30,761 nt of DNA, taken from a virus. Taxonomy: Duplodnaviria > Caudoviricetes. The stretch covers positions 1-30,761 of the IMG/VR virus record IMGVR_UViG_3300037722_000003. One strand, written 5' to 3'. Below are positions 1-9,814 of this stretch, piece by piece. Every line of letters begins with the position of its first letter. Position 1 is the first letter of the stretch. Below the pieces are notes generated by a model. It had not been told where the DNA came from, did not search any database, and saw nothing but the letters and a program-made list of their open reading frames with translations. The translations under genes were made by a program, and so were the position numbers.

Positions 1-1361
1 GGGTTGTCGAGGATATGCCCGGTGAAGAACCTAGGGAGGAAGCACGCCTCCTCCCGGAGGAAGTGGATCTGCCGGGCCAGCAGGGTGACGATGGCGGAGT
101 TCCATCCGATCGGGTTGATCTGGTTGACGTCCGCCCACAGTGCATCCACCTTTGTGCTCCGGCGGATGCGGATGTCGTTGGTGTCGGCCGCGCCGAGGAC
201 GATGTTCTCATTGCCCTCGTCGATGCTGTACTCAGTCTCATCCCCGGGGGTTGCGTCGTAGGTGAGGGCGGTCCAGACTGTAGACGTGCCGTCTGTCTGG
301 TCCCCCACCTCGACGATCAGTTGGGGCTGGGCATTGCCGGGAGCGCCGGGGATGCCGTTGAGGAGATCCACTTCTGCGTACGAGAACGTGTCCGTACTGG
401 CATGGTTCAGGTGCTGCTGCATCTGGTTGCCAGTGGTGTACGGGTTGGGGATGATCTCCGCCACTGGGAGCCCAATGAGGTGGGCAACATCGTCGATCTC
501 GCATAGCTCCTGATAGATGAACAGAAGCTGCTGCCAGTACCAGTACAGGGACTGGCCGTAGGCTCGGCCCGCGTTGTACGGGCGGACCCATGGGCGGTCC
601 TGTCGCGTCTCCCGGAGGAGCGTGACTCGGTCCGAGGTCTTCGAGGGGGCCGGGGTCAGGGTGACGATAGGGCTCATCGTCCCGCCGAGGAAGGCGGAGG
701 GAATCTCGATCTGCCTCGTCATCGTCTCCGGGTTGTACGGATCCGAGAGCGCAGGAGGAATCGTGAGGGTCCCCGCGGCAGCAGTGTACACCTCGGTCCA
801 GTCAGGATCCTCTCGGGTCCCGAGGTTGAGGTGGATGGTCATGCCGTCGCAGGTGTCTGAGGATCCGTGGGCGCGGCGGGAGAATCCCACCTTGGACACA
901 GCGAACTGCCGGGGGAAGTCGATCTCCACGACCACGTCGCTGGTGTTGATGTCCCGCGCCTCCGTCGTCACGTCGTCGTCCATGGCCCTGCCACCAAGGT
1001 AGGACTGAGGATCGGTGTCGTCATCCCACCCGGGGTCCAGAGCGATCACGAAGCCGTTCTCATCCCATACCGACACCTCGGCAATCGCCGGGTCATCGGA
1101 GAGGGCAGACGTGGTGCCGGTGAAGCGGACACCCCAGCAAGGGGTGCCCGCCGTCACGGCCTGTTCATCGGTAAGCGTCCAGTAGGACGTGAGGGTCTGG
1201 TCGTTCCCGTCGAAGTACGGGTACTCGACGTTGTTCACGCACACCCGAAGCTGCCCCTCGATGGGGGCGTAGCGCCGGGGCAGCAGCGACATGGGGACAG
1301 TCCACGTCGCATACTCTGCGCGAACCTGCGAGCGCACGACAGAGCGATACGAGTAGGCCAT
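1..1361 (-). CDS. Tail fiber / tail adapter protein (T7 gp17-like), 3'-truncated by window edge
   Basis: Not in the ORF track. My translation from ATG at 1361 (MAYSYRSVVRSQVRAEYATWTVP...) stays open to position 1. It has gp17 N-terminal-like motifs TPAPSKTSDRVTLLRETRQDRPWVRPYNAG...QQLLFIYQE and IRIRRSTKVDALWADV...LARQIHFLREE, and sits directly after the gp16-like gene as in T7. Confidence 0.8.
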   Translation of the reverse strand, partial: MAYSYRSVVRSQVRAEYATWTVPMSLLPRRYAPIEGQLRVCVNNVEYPYFDGNDQTLTSYWTLTDEQAVTAGTPCWGVRFTGTTSALSDDPAIAEVSVWDENGFVIALDPGWDDDTDPQSYLGGRAMDDDVTTEARDINTSDVVVEIDFPRQFAVSKVGFSRRAHGSSDTCDGMTIHLNLGTREDPDWTEVYTAAAGTLTIPPALSDPYNPETMTRQIEIPSAFLGGTMSPIVTLTPAPSKTSDRVTLLRETRQDRPWVRPYNAGRAYGQSLYWYWQQLLFIYQELCEIDDVAHLIGLPVAEIIPNPYTTGNQMQQHLNHASTDTFSYAEVDLLNGIPGAPGNAQPQLIVEVGDQTDGTSTVWTALTYDATPGDETEYSIDEGNENIVLGAADTNDIRIRRSTKVDALWADVNQINPIGWNSAIVTLLARQIHFLREEACFLPRFFTGHILDN

Positions 1362-1364
1362 GGG

Positions 1365-4300
1365 TCACTCCTGCGGGAAGCTGAACTTCGGGTCAGTGGG
1401 GAATGGGCTGGCGCTCTGCCAGTCACCCCGCTCTACATCCCAAATCGTCGGGATTTGGGATTTGCGGCGCACCGCGCGCCTGTTCCGGCCCGTGCCCTCA
1501 AGAGTGAGGTCGGGGCCTCCTGCGGCCTTCATGCCCTGCGTGAGGCCCGTCGCCCACCAAGAGCGATAGCCCGGCATGAGGGATGCCGCTGTCCTCCACG
1601 TCCTGCTCTGGATCTCGGAGTCCTCAGCGAGAGGCGAGATGCCATGGACAGAATCGAATACCAGATCCAGCCCCTGCGCGAGAGCCCCCTCCGCTGCGCT
1701 CTCGCCGACATCCACCGAGTACCGCTTCCCATTCAGGGTGAGGGCATCGGCGGCGGGGCGAGCGAGCATGGAGTAGGCGCCAAGCAGAGGCACGTTGGTC
1801 AGTGTCCTCAGCGCGAAGTTATCGGGATCGTCCTCGATGTCCGCGAGCGTCTCGTCGATCGAGCGCCCCTTCCAGACATCGCGGGTGATTCGGTTGACCG
1901 TCTCCCCGAACAGGTGCATCCCAAGGAGGGCGATGCTTGCATGCACAGGCATCTGCGCCGTGTCTAGGATGTTGTTGTCGTAGAACGACCTAGCGAATCC
2001 AGTGACCGCGAGCCCCGTTCGACCATACCACGTTCGGCTGGTCTGTGAGGTCGGGGTCTGAAGCACGTTCTGCTCGGAGATGCGCTTGTTCATCGTGAGC
2101 TTGATGGAGCTAGTCAGGGCTTCGAGGGCTTCCGCGAATGCGTCGTCCTCGATCTTGTCTGCGCCCGTCCACTTCATCATCTCGTTGTAGTCAAGCGTCC
2201 GCATTACCCCGGTGTCCCGGAGCGCACCAGTCTCTTGACCGGCTCTGCGGAGAATGGCCATCTTCTCAGGGGTGAGGAGCCCGGCGCGGTTCAGGCGCTC
2301 GGCCACTTGCCAGTTGCCCCCGAACCCACCCTTGCGGGCGATGGAGCGGAACTCCTTGAGCTTCGCTTTGGCGGCGGCATTCTGAGCCGCCTCCTCCGAG
2401 AGGCCCCTGCCGAGCGCGGCGTCAAGCGCCTGACGCTCAATGGCGTCTAGATGATCCCCGGACGCGGCGAGGATATCAGCGGTCTTCTCCGCCGCCTTCC
2501 AGAACCTGCCAAGCTCATCCAGAGTAGTCTGGACGTGCATCATTCTGGAGAAGTGGGAAAAGTAATCCATACCACCAACCGTCATCGAGTTAGCGGCATA
2601 GGCATGCAGCCCACGGGCGAGGGTATTACCTCGACCCGATCCTGCCTCTGCCTTCTTGAAGACATCCATCCATGGGAGAAGGAGCTTCGGGATGATACCG
2701 AAATGGAACTTGCCGGCATGCACAGCACCGCCCGTGAGGCGGCTCAGTACATGATGACGGAACTGACGAGACGTGAGGCCCAGTGCCTGCGCCATCTCTC
2801 GCTGCTGCTGGTTCGGCATGGCGGCCCGGAAGATATGCCCCGCTCTCCGGACGATGTCCGTAGGGGAGTAAACCTTACCGAGGGTGTTCATGACCACCTC
2901 AGTAGACAGGATGGCTTGGCCGTAGCCGGAGCCGTACAGCGCGCCCGCCGCCGAGGTGGCGACATCGGACACGCTCTCAGCGAAGGCGTTGGTCTGGTCG
3001 ATGAGAGTAGGCAGCCGCCCCTCCATCAGGTGCAGCTTCTCACGCAGCGTCTTGATGCCCGCAATCCATGCCGCCCGATCCTCGGGTGAGGTGGACTCGG
3101 GAATGCGGGTCTGGAGCCAGTCGAGCGCATCGTGCATCGTGACGCCGGGGATACCCCAGCGCTCCTGATGCCGAGCGGTATTCATCACACGGAATCCAGT
3201 CGATCGGAGGTAGCCGTCAGCGCCACCAAGGAAGTCGAAGTCGAGGTACTTGTGCAGTGCCTCGTTCTCCCACACCGTCTCCTCCAGACGCCGGGCCGCC
3301 TCTGATCGAGGAGAGCCCGTAGTCTTCCGGCGGAGCCGTCCGTCCTTAGCCTCCGTGTAGGTGTCGTCACCCGTCAGGTTGTTCATGACCCGGCGGGCAT
3401 CACCTTCCATGACCACGTCGCTATCAAGCATCTGGTCATACGCGATGCGGACTTCCTCTTCGAGGTCCGTTCGCTTGAGGTCGCGGATAACGTCGTCGCT
3501 ACCTCGCAGCTTCCACCCAACGAGTTCCCCCTGCGGGGAGAGGACGCGCTCGGCTTCCCCCATCTCTACGAGGGTGTCGAAGTGTACGTCCTTGCTCTCG
3601 CGCCACTTCTTAGCGAAGTGACTCCTCATGTCCTCGATGAACTGCTGCCGGTCGCCGAGGATGGCAGCCGTGTTCCACCGACGAGGGAAGAACTTCTCGG
3701 TCTTCTTGAACTGGCCCGTGCGCTCCGCGACATCGCCGATCTCTTCTGCATGTCGCACCCACAGATCCGCCATCGCAATGACATCAGGATCCGTGGACTT
3801 CTGGCCATTGGTATGCAGGATGACCTCCTTATCGAAGGCATCCCGCGCTCGCTTGTGAGCGATGAAGCGGACGGTGTGGCCGAACTTGCCGGCATCCGAC
3901 AGCTTCTTGTACGAGTCAACGACTTCGCTAACGCGCCGGTCCATGTCGTGACGAACGTGCTCCGTGGTCCGGTGAACCTTCCGGCTTCCGCCATTGAGGT
4001 CCCCCGTCCGCAGCTTGTTCGGGTCCATCTCGTGAGCGATCTCCCGGAGGACCCCGAAGGTGGAGCGGATGGTCTGATCCATCCCGGTGCCAGAGGTGGC
4101 AATGGTTCGCAGCAGACGCCCAAGGCCCCAGCCGCTGAGGAGGCGGCCGAACATGGTGCCATCCTCAACGAGGGCGTTGTCGTTGAAGTCGATGGCCTTG
4201 GACATCTTGTCGTATGCCTCGAACTTCTCCGCCCGAGTTTCCGGCGTCTTGCCCGCATACTCCGCCTGTACCTGACGGACCTTGCGGACAGAGAGGGGAG

Positions 4301-6293
4301 CCTCGGCATCCCGGATGGCCTTCTCGGACGCTTTGCGGAGGGCCGCCTGAGCACGGCGGAGGCGATCCCCCGCGTTCTTCCGCTCCACTCCGGTGAGGAG
4401 CCGGAGGGCCGTCTGCTCCTTGAGGACCTTGGCCGCCGCCTTCCCAACGGGAGACTTCACGGCCCTTGCCCGCACGGGATTGAAGATGGATCCGTCAGCG
4501 TACCGCTGCTTGCGGCGTGACGACATCCCTCTGAACGGCGCCGTCTCCCCAAGGGACTCCAGCTTACCGCCAACAGTCCCCATGTAGTCGATCTCTTCCT
4601 GCGTCAGGGGGCGGCGGCGTGCGGACTCAACAAGCTCCTCTGCCTCCGCCTTCCAGTACGGAAGCTCGCCATCGGCAGCCGGGCGGGAAGCCTCTGCCCT
4701 AGCGGCCAGCTTCCTCTCCAGCTTGTCAAGCTCCTCCGGCACGAGGGCGTGCGCACGGCGGAGGACATCCTCGTTCGTGGCCCCCATCGGAAGCTCCCTA
4801 GCCGCGCGGCCGGTCGCCTCAGCGAGTGCGGCCTGCTCCATCTGCCCACCGAATGCGCCGTCGAGTTCGTCCCGCACCTTGCGGACTCGGCGGCCCTCAG
4901 TGAACAGGGCTCCGAGAACCTCATGCACCGCTTCTGCGGGGAGGGTAGCATCGCCTGTAGCCTCGGCCAGCGCCTCCATAGTGTCCGCCACCTGAAAGCG
5001 ATGGAGCCCGGCCTCTTGGAGGATGGCATCATCGAGGTAGTGGAAGACCGAGTCGAAGTCCCGGCCAACCACCTTGACCGCGGCACGCTGCGCCCTGATG
5101 GCGGCAGAGTCGTGCTTTAGCTGGGCTCGGACGTTCCTGAGGGAGGTGCTCATCGGGCTGGAGGGGGAGCCCCCCGCCGCCTCAACAGCGCCCCGCCTGA
5201 CTCGATCGGGGTTGGTGCCCCCTCGTCCGGCAAGGCCGAATCCGAGGGCTCCAGAGATCCCCACCGCCAGACCGAACTCGGCCCACGACCACTCCTGCTG
5301 GAACTCGGGGTCGTCAAAGAGGATCTCGGACTCCGCAATACGCTGCTGCTGGATCGCCGAGTCCCACAGGCCACCATAGGCCCCCAGTTCTACGGCGACG
5401 GCAGCACGGTGGCTCAGGGAGGCGCTCATGGCCGCGTGAGCCGCCGCAGGCGCTTCGATGACCCGAGACACGCCTCGGCCCACGGCGGCCGCTGAGCGGC
5501 CTCCTACGACCGGGGCAGCGAGCCGGGTAGCCCGAGCCCCAGCGCCGGCCGCCCGGGCGGAGAGCCCGGCGGTGGAGGCAAGGGAGGTGGGCATGAAGAC
5601 CACCGAGGGGGCGAAGGAGGGGTCCTGAAGGAGGTAGTTGCCGAAGGTGGACATCAGGGCGCTGGACCAGCGGAGAGCCGTCCCAGCCTGAGCATCCCAC
5701 TCCCGGATCGTCTCCAGCGCCTGAGCCGGCTGGAGGATATGGTTCTGAATGTAGACCCAGTGGTCCCGGTTACGGGCGCCCCGCATCGCGGTCGGAAGGT
5801 CCCAGCCCTGAGCCCCGGCCAGATCGGCCAGTCGCTGGTTCGAGGGCTGGGCCACCCACTCGTCCGTGGCCTTGGCAGCGTCGAAGTTCTCGTCCCTGAA
5901 GGTGAGCCGCCGGTCCATGCCGGCGACGTTCTGGAAGGGAGAGATCCGATTCGTGAGGGCCTTCCAGCCGTCCTCCTCGGGAGCCGCCTCGCCCATCTGC
6001 TGTCGCATCAGGTTCCCGGCGGCGAGCGACACGAACCGCTGCTCGCCGGGGATGAGGGGGTCCACGACGTTGTTTAGGGCCCACGTCGAGGCGTTTCCGC
6101 TCTCGATGTTGGCGGCATGGATCTGCTCCTCGCGGAACGTGATCCCCCAGTAGGACGCCTGAGGGGGCGCAGCCGTGGGGGCGAACCCGATAGACGGGTG
6201 TCCCCCAATGAAGGTCTTCGGCTGGAACTCGGACGGGGACAGGAGGTTGTAGCGAATCTCCTGAGGACCGCTGACAGTGAATCTGCTAGGCAT
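1365..6293 (-). CDS. Large internal virion (ejectosome) protein, T7 gp16-like
   Basis: 1642-aa Ala/Arg-rich helical ORF. It is the third and largest gene after tail tubular B and precedes the tail fiber. Contains a FFPRRWN segment resembling gp16-like Y/FxPRxW motifs. Call is mainly from size and synteny. Confidence 0.75.
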   Translation of the reverse strand: MPSRFTVSGPQEIRYNLLSPSEFQPKTFIGGHPSIGFAPTAAPPQASYWGITFREEQIHAANIESGNASTWALNNVVDPLIPGEQRFVSLAAGNLMRQQMGEAAPEEDGWKALTNRISPFQNVAGMDRRLTFRDENFDAAKATDEWVAQPSNQRLADLAGAQGWDLPTAMRGARNRDHWVYIQNHILQPAQALETIREWDAQAGTALRWSSALMSTFGNYLLQDPSFAPSVVFMPTSLASTAGLSARAAGAGARATRLAAPVVGGRSAAAVGRGVSRVIEAPAAAHAAMSASLSHRAAVAVELGAYGGLWDSAIQQQRIAESEILFDDPEFQQEWSWAEFGLAVGISGALGFGLAGRGGTNPDRVRRGAVEAAGGSPSSPMSTSLRNVRAQLKHDSAAIRAQRAAVKVVGRDFDSVFHYLDDAILQEAGLHRFQVADTMEALAEATGDATLPAEAVHEVLGALFTEGRRVRKVRDELDGAFGGQMEQAALAEATGRAARELPMGATNEDVLRRAHALVPEELDKLERKLAARAEASRPAADGELPYWKAEAEELVESARRRPLTQEEIDYMGTVGGKLESLGETAPFRGMSSRRKQRYADGSIFNPVRARAVKSPVGKAAAKVLKEQTALRLLTGVERKNAGDRLRRAQAALRKASEKAIRDAEAPLSVRKVRQVQAEYAGKTPETRAEKFEAYDKMSKAIDFNDNALVEDGTMFGRLLSGWGLGRLLRTIATSGTGMDQTIRSTFGVLREIAHEMDPNKLRTGDLNGGSRKVHRTTEHVRHDMDRRVSEVVDSYKKLSDAGKFGHTVRFIAHKRARDAFDKEVILHTNGQKSTDPDVIAMADLWVRHAEEIGDVAERTGQFKKTEKFFPRRWNTAAILGDRQQFIEDMRSHFAKKWRESKDVHFDTLVEMGEAERVLSPQGELVGWKLRGSDDVIRDLKRTDLEEEVRIAYDQMLDSDVVMEGDARRVMNNLTGDDTYTEAKDGRLRRKTTGSPRSEAARRLEETVWENEALHKYLDFDFLGGADGYLRSTGFRVMNTARHQERWGIPGVTMHDALDWLQTRIPESTSPEDRAAWIAGIKTLREKLHLMEGRLPTLIDQTNAFAESVSDVATSAAGALYGSGYGQAILSTEVVMNTLGKVYSPTDIVRRAGHIFRAAMPNQQQREMAQALGLTSRQFRHHVLSRLTGGAVHAGKFHFGIIPKLLLPWMDVFKKAEAGSGRGNTLARGLHAYAANSMTVGGMDYFSHFSRMMHVQTTLDELGRFWKAAEKTADILAASGDHLDAIERQALDAALGRGLSEEAAQNAAAKAKLKEFRSIARKGGFGGNWQVAERLNRAGLLTPEKMAILRRAGQETGALRDTGVMRTLDYNEMMKWTGADKIEDDAFAEALEALTSSIKLTMNKRISEQNVLQTPTSQTSRTWYGRTGLAVTGFARSFYDNNILDTAQMPVHASIALLGMHLFGETVNRITRDVWKGRSIDETLADIEDDPDNFALRTLTNVPLLGAYSMLARPAADALTLNGKRYSVDVGESAAEGALAQGLDLVFDSVHGISPLAEDSEIQSRTWRTAASLMPGYRSWWATGLTQGMKAAGGPDLTLEGTGRNRRAVRRKSQIPTIWDVERGDWQSASPFPTDPKFSFPQE

Positions 6294-6311
6294 GGGTCTT
6301 CCTTGCTTGCG

Positions 6312-9206
6312 CTACTGCACAGGGATGTTTCTGCTTGTACCCTGCCCGGAGACTCGGCGCTGTGTAGTAGACTCCGGGGGAGTGAACTGCGAGCCGAGGC
6401 GGGGGGTAGGAACAGGACCCCTGTACGGGAGCGGAGCGAACAGGTCGGGATTGATTACGGAAAGGGCCGTGCCCTTGGGGACGAGCACTGACGTGCCATC
6501 GGGCCAATTCAGCATGGCGTCCTTCTTGGACACGGGCAGGGAGAGAACCTCCCCGTTCGATTCTGCGCCAATGACGAAGCCGCCATAGCCGGCGCGGGAT
6601 TCGTGGAGCCGGTCAGTGACCTGCTCGTTGATGGACCAGCGAGGGGTCAGCACGGGGGACCGGGGGTCCGTACCGGCGAAGCCTTCGGTGAAGAACATCG
6701 ACTGGAGATTGACGGGCACGTCCTTCGGCTTGAGGTCCATAGCCTCCTGAAGGAATGCCCGGTACTCGGGGATGAACTCCCGATGGAAGTGGTTGGAGAC
6801 ATGCTCGCCGATGTCCTGCCCGGCCTGCCCAGTGTACCCCTGAGGGTCCTGCACCAGAGTCACCTTGCCGTTGTTGGTGCGGAAGCGATAGTGGTCCTTA
6901 CGCAGCCACTGGTAGACCATGGCGCCTACCTGAGCATCGTTGAGGTCGGTGTTGACGGTGCGCCCGGCGAACCAGATCGACCGCATCCACCGACCGAGGG
7001 AGTCCTGATCCGAGAGGAACATAGCCTCCACCTGAGCCTGCACCCGCCGGTTATAGCGGTCACGCTCATCGGGCTCGAACTCGGCCCCCGCCTCATCAGT
7101 GAAGATGTCGGCAAGGACCTGAGCCATGTTCCCTCCATTGGAGGTCACAAGCTCCGTGTCGCCCGTGTCAGTCTGCATCCATGACCCGAGGGGTCGGGCT
7201 CCCTGAATGGCCTGCACCTGAGCCATGAGGTTCAGGTAGTCGGGCTGGATCTGGCCTTCGTTGGTGAGGGCCGACGAGGGATCAGTCGCATCGCCGAGGC
7301 GGGCATGGGTACGAACCCAAATGGCCGCAGCGGCATCATTGGAATTCACGCCCTCAGCCGAGAGGAAGTTGTCCCATGCCTCGTTGTTCCCGGCTTCGAG
7401 GGCTCGTGCCCACTCAGCGAAGGCACCGACCCGGTTGGGGTCGTTCGAGGACAGCAGGGCCATCTTCTCCCGGACAAGCTCGGACGGCATCCCGTACTGA
7501 GCCTGAGTGGCGGCATTGCTCCACTTGCGAGCCTCATTGACGGACAGGAGCCGATTGAGTTCGACGTTCTCATCCGTGTACTCGACAGCGGAACCATCCC
7601 AGCCCTGCACTACAGAGGCAGGGACACCGAGATCAGCGGCTCGCTGCTCAAGCTCGGCCTTCAGCACGACAAGCTCGTTGCCGGACAGGGGAGCCTCACC
7701 AGCCGCGCTCAGGGCATCCGGAGTCTGGCGGGCACGGCGCTCCATGGAGAAGGAGACGTAGTTGTTGGCATCGCCGCCCGGCTGGCCGGACAGGATGGTG
7801 TTGGCGTTCGACACCTTCTTAGCCCGCTTGGCGATCTCAGTCGAGAGGCGGTCCTGAACCTGACCCGCCCGGCTCCGAACAGCGCCAACGATTGCGGCGC
7901 CCTCGGGGGAGAGTTCGGAGGGGTCGGCATCCAGTCCCATGCGGGAGAGGATGGAGAACATCGCCTCGTCCATCATCGACAGCCCCGTCTCCGGGTCAGG
8001 GATGAGGAGGTTGGCGTCTGCCGTGGCTGAGGGGCGGCGTACGATCCGGCCGTCCGGGAGCGTAACCACGTCGGCCTGAAGCTCTCGGAGGCGAGCCACC
8101 TCAGCGTCCATTGCCCCGGCCGCCGTCTTCTGCGCCCGGCCAAGGACATCCGCAGCGAGGCTCACGCGCTCGCCCTCAGTGAACAGCGGGACCCCATCAA
8201 CCTTCATGTTGAGGAGGGATGAGGCGGTCCCAATCTTGTCGAGTGCGTCGATGCCGAACTGCCCCGAGGCTAGCTGCTGGACGGACTGGGCCGCTTCACG
8301 GCGGACGTAGTCACGCTGCTGCTCCGGGGTCAGGTGGTTGAGCCGGTCCCGGATAGACACCTCGATCTGACGACGGAGGCGCTGGGGGCCCTGCTCCCCT
8401 GCGAGGGTGGAGTAGATGTCGGCGCTGATCTGCTGAGTTCCCAGCGACTCGTTGGACTTCTCGACCCGCTCGATATGCTTGCGGGTCAGGCCGTCCGAGA
8501 TGCGGAAGCTCTGCTTGATCGCCTGATGGATGAGGACATCTGCGTCCTCCTCCGACAGGGAGTCGAGGTCTACGCCGTTCTGGATCTCCGTGAGGAGCCA
8601 GTCCTGCACGCGCTGGCCAATGCCCTGCCCGTCACCAATCAGCCCGGCCTCAAGCTCAGGGCTCTCAGCAAGCTGCTGGTTGAGGGACAGGGCCGTCTGC
8701 TCCATGGTGCGAGCGGCGGCGTTGAAGCGCTGCTGGTCCGCCTCCTCGTTGTCTCTGCTGATCTGAGTGCGGGCCTGCGACCAGCCCTGCTCCCACAGGC
8801 GCGCCTCTTCGGCGCTGCTTGCGTTGAGCATGGCCGACCGGAAGCGCCGCTCTGCGTACTCGACTCCTCTCGTCTCTGCCTCTACGAGGATCTCCTGCCG
8901 CTGGGCAAGGGCTCGATCGAGGCGGCGCTGCTGGAGGCCGCGTGCCGCACGGTTGAGGTCGCCCTCTACCCGGGACACGGACTGCTCCTTCAGCGAGCGG
9001 AGGCGGCTGCTAATGGCCGCCCTCGCGGAGACAGCAGAGGCCACGCCGCGACCAGCCGTGACAACCGCGTCACGGAACTGCTCGAACGAGGTGGGCTCAG
9101 CCTGAAGCTGGCGGCCCGGAGTCGCCACGCCAGTCTGAGGCGGGGTGAAGGTGGGGTCGATGGACCCCTGCCCGCGCTCGACGGGGGTAGGTGATTCCTG
9201 AGGCAT
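6312..9206 (-). CDS. Internal virion protein, T7 gp15-like
   Basis: 964-aa helical ORF with AGGAG RBS, between the gp14-like and gp16-like genes. Synteny-based. Confidence 0.65.
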   Translation of the reverse strand: MPQESPTPVERGQGSIDPTFTPPQTGVATPGRQLQAEPTSFEQFRDAVVTAGRGVASAVSARAAISSRLRSLKEQSVSRVEGDLNRAARGLQQRRLDRALAQRQEILVEAETRGVEYAERRFRSAMLNASSAEEARLWEQGWSQARTQISRDNEEADQQRFNAAARTMEQTALSLNQQLAESPELEAGLIGDGQGIGQRVQDWLLTEIQNGVDLDSLSEEDADVLIHQAIKQSFRISDGLTRKHIERVEKSNESLGTQQISADIYSTLAGEQGPQRLRRQIEVSIRDRLNHLTPEQQRDYVRREAAQSVQQLASGQFGIDALDKIGTASSLLNMKVDGVPLFTEGERVSLAADVLGRAQKTAAGAMDAEVARLRELQADVVTLPDGRIVRRPSATADANLLIPDPETGLSMMDEAMFSILSRMGLDADPSELSPEGAAIVGAVRSRAGQVQDRLSTEIAKRAKKVSNANTILSGQPGGDANNYVSFSMERRARQTPDALSAAGEAPLSGNELVVLKAELEQRAADLGVPASVVQGWDGSAVEYTDENVELNRLLSVNEARKWSNAATQAQYGMPSELVREKMALLSSNDPNRVGAFAEWARALEAGNNEAWDNFLSAEGVNSNDAAAAIWVRTHARLGDATDPSSALTNEGQIQPDYLNLMAQVQAIQGARPLGSWMQTDTGDTELVTSNGGNMAQVLADIFTDEAGAEFEPDERDRYNRRVQAQVEAMFLSDQDSLGRWMRSIWFAGRTVNTDLNDAQVGAMVYQWLRKDHYRFRTNNGKVTLVQDPQGYTGQAGQDIGEHVSNHFHREFIPEYRAFLQEAMDLKPKDVPVNLQSMFFTEGFAGTDPRSPVLTPRWSINEQVTDRLHESRAGYGGFVIGAESNGEVLSLPVSKKDAMLNWPDGTSVLVPKGTALSVINPDLFAPLPYRGPVPTPRLGSQFTPPESTTQRRVSGQGTSRNIPVQ

Positions 9207-9214
9207 GGTGTCTC

Positions 9215-9814
9215 CTAGGGTTCAGTTGTCCCGAGTAGATCCCCGAACAGGGCCGTGAGGTCGAGCCCGGGGATGTCGAGGAAGCTGGTGATCGTGTTGT
9301 TGAACATCGCCGGCCCCTGACCGCCCGTCGAGCGGAACTGCCGGGACGATGTCCGGGTCTTTACTTCGCCCTCCTCGATGAGGGCCTGAGCGATCTGCGT
9401 CCCGAGGTTGAGGCCCTCGATGCCACCAGTGATAGCAGCAAGCACCGGGTCTTCCTTGTGGAACTGGTTGGAGGCGATGAGCGCCACCTCCTTCGCGGCG
9501 GCGTTGGCCTCCACGATGGCGGCCTGATCGGCGGCCTGTGCGGTGGCGGCATCGGACACAGCCGCCCCGGAGCCGAGATCGCCCCCGCCCGTACCACGGA
9601 ACGCACGGGCCGCAGCCTGCTGTCCTTGGAACATGGCGAGGTTGCGTGCAATCTCCCTCCGGCTGGTCGTCTCTTCGAGCCGGATCTGGTTGGTACCAGC
9701 CCGGATGTTGCCCTCGGCAACCCGCTGTCTCTCGATGTTCCCCGCCACAGCGGCCCGGGAACTGATCTCTGCGAACGCCTTAGAGGTGCCCGCGATCTGT
9801 GGAGCTTGTTCCAT
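9215..9814 (-). CDS. Internal virion protein, T7 gp14-like
   Basis: Start moved to ATG 9814 (MEQAPQIAG...), which overlaps the gp12 TAA stop (TAATG). About 199 aa, Ala/Gly/Gln-rich, immediately after tail tubular B. Confidence 0.6.
   Translation of the reverse strand: MEQAPQIAGTSKAFAEISSRAAVAGNIERQRVAEGNIRAGTNQIRLEETTSRREIARNLAMFQGQQAAARAFRGTGGGDLGSGAAVSDAATAQAADQAAIVEANAAAKEVALIASNQFHKEDPVLAAITGGIEGLNLGTQIAQALIEEGEVKTRTSSRQFRSTGGQGPAMFNNTITSFLDIPGLDLTALFGDLLGTTEP

Noticed and set aside
6090-6125. AANIESG in the gp16-like N-terminus as a lytic transglycosylase catalytic motif
   Set aside because: The downstream GxxQ and AYNxG motifs are missing, so the match is likely coincidental.
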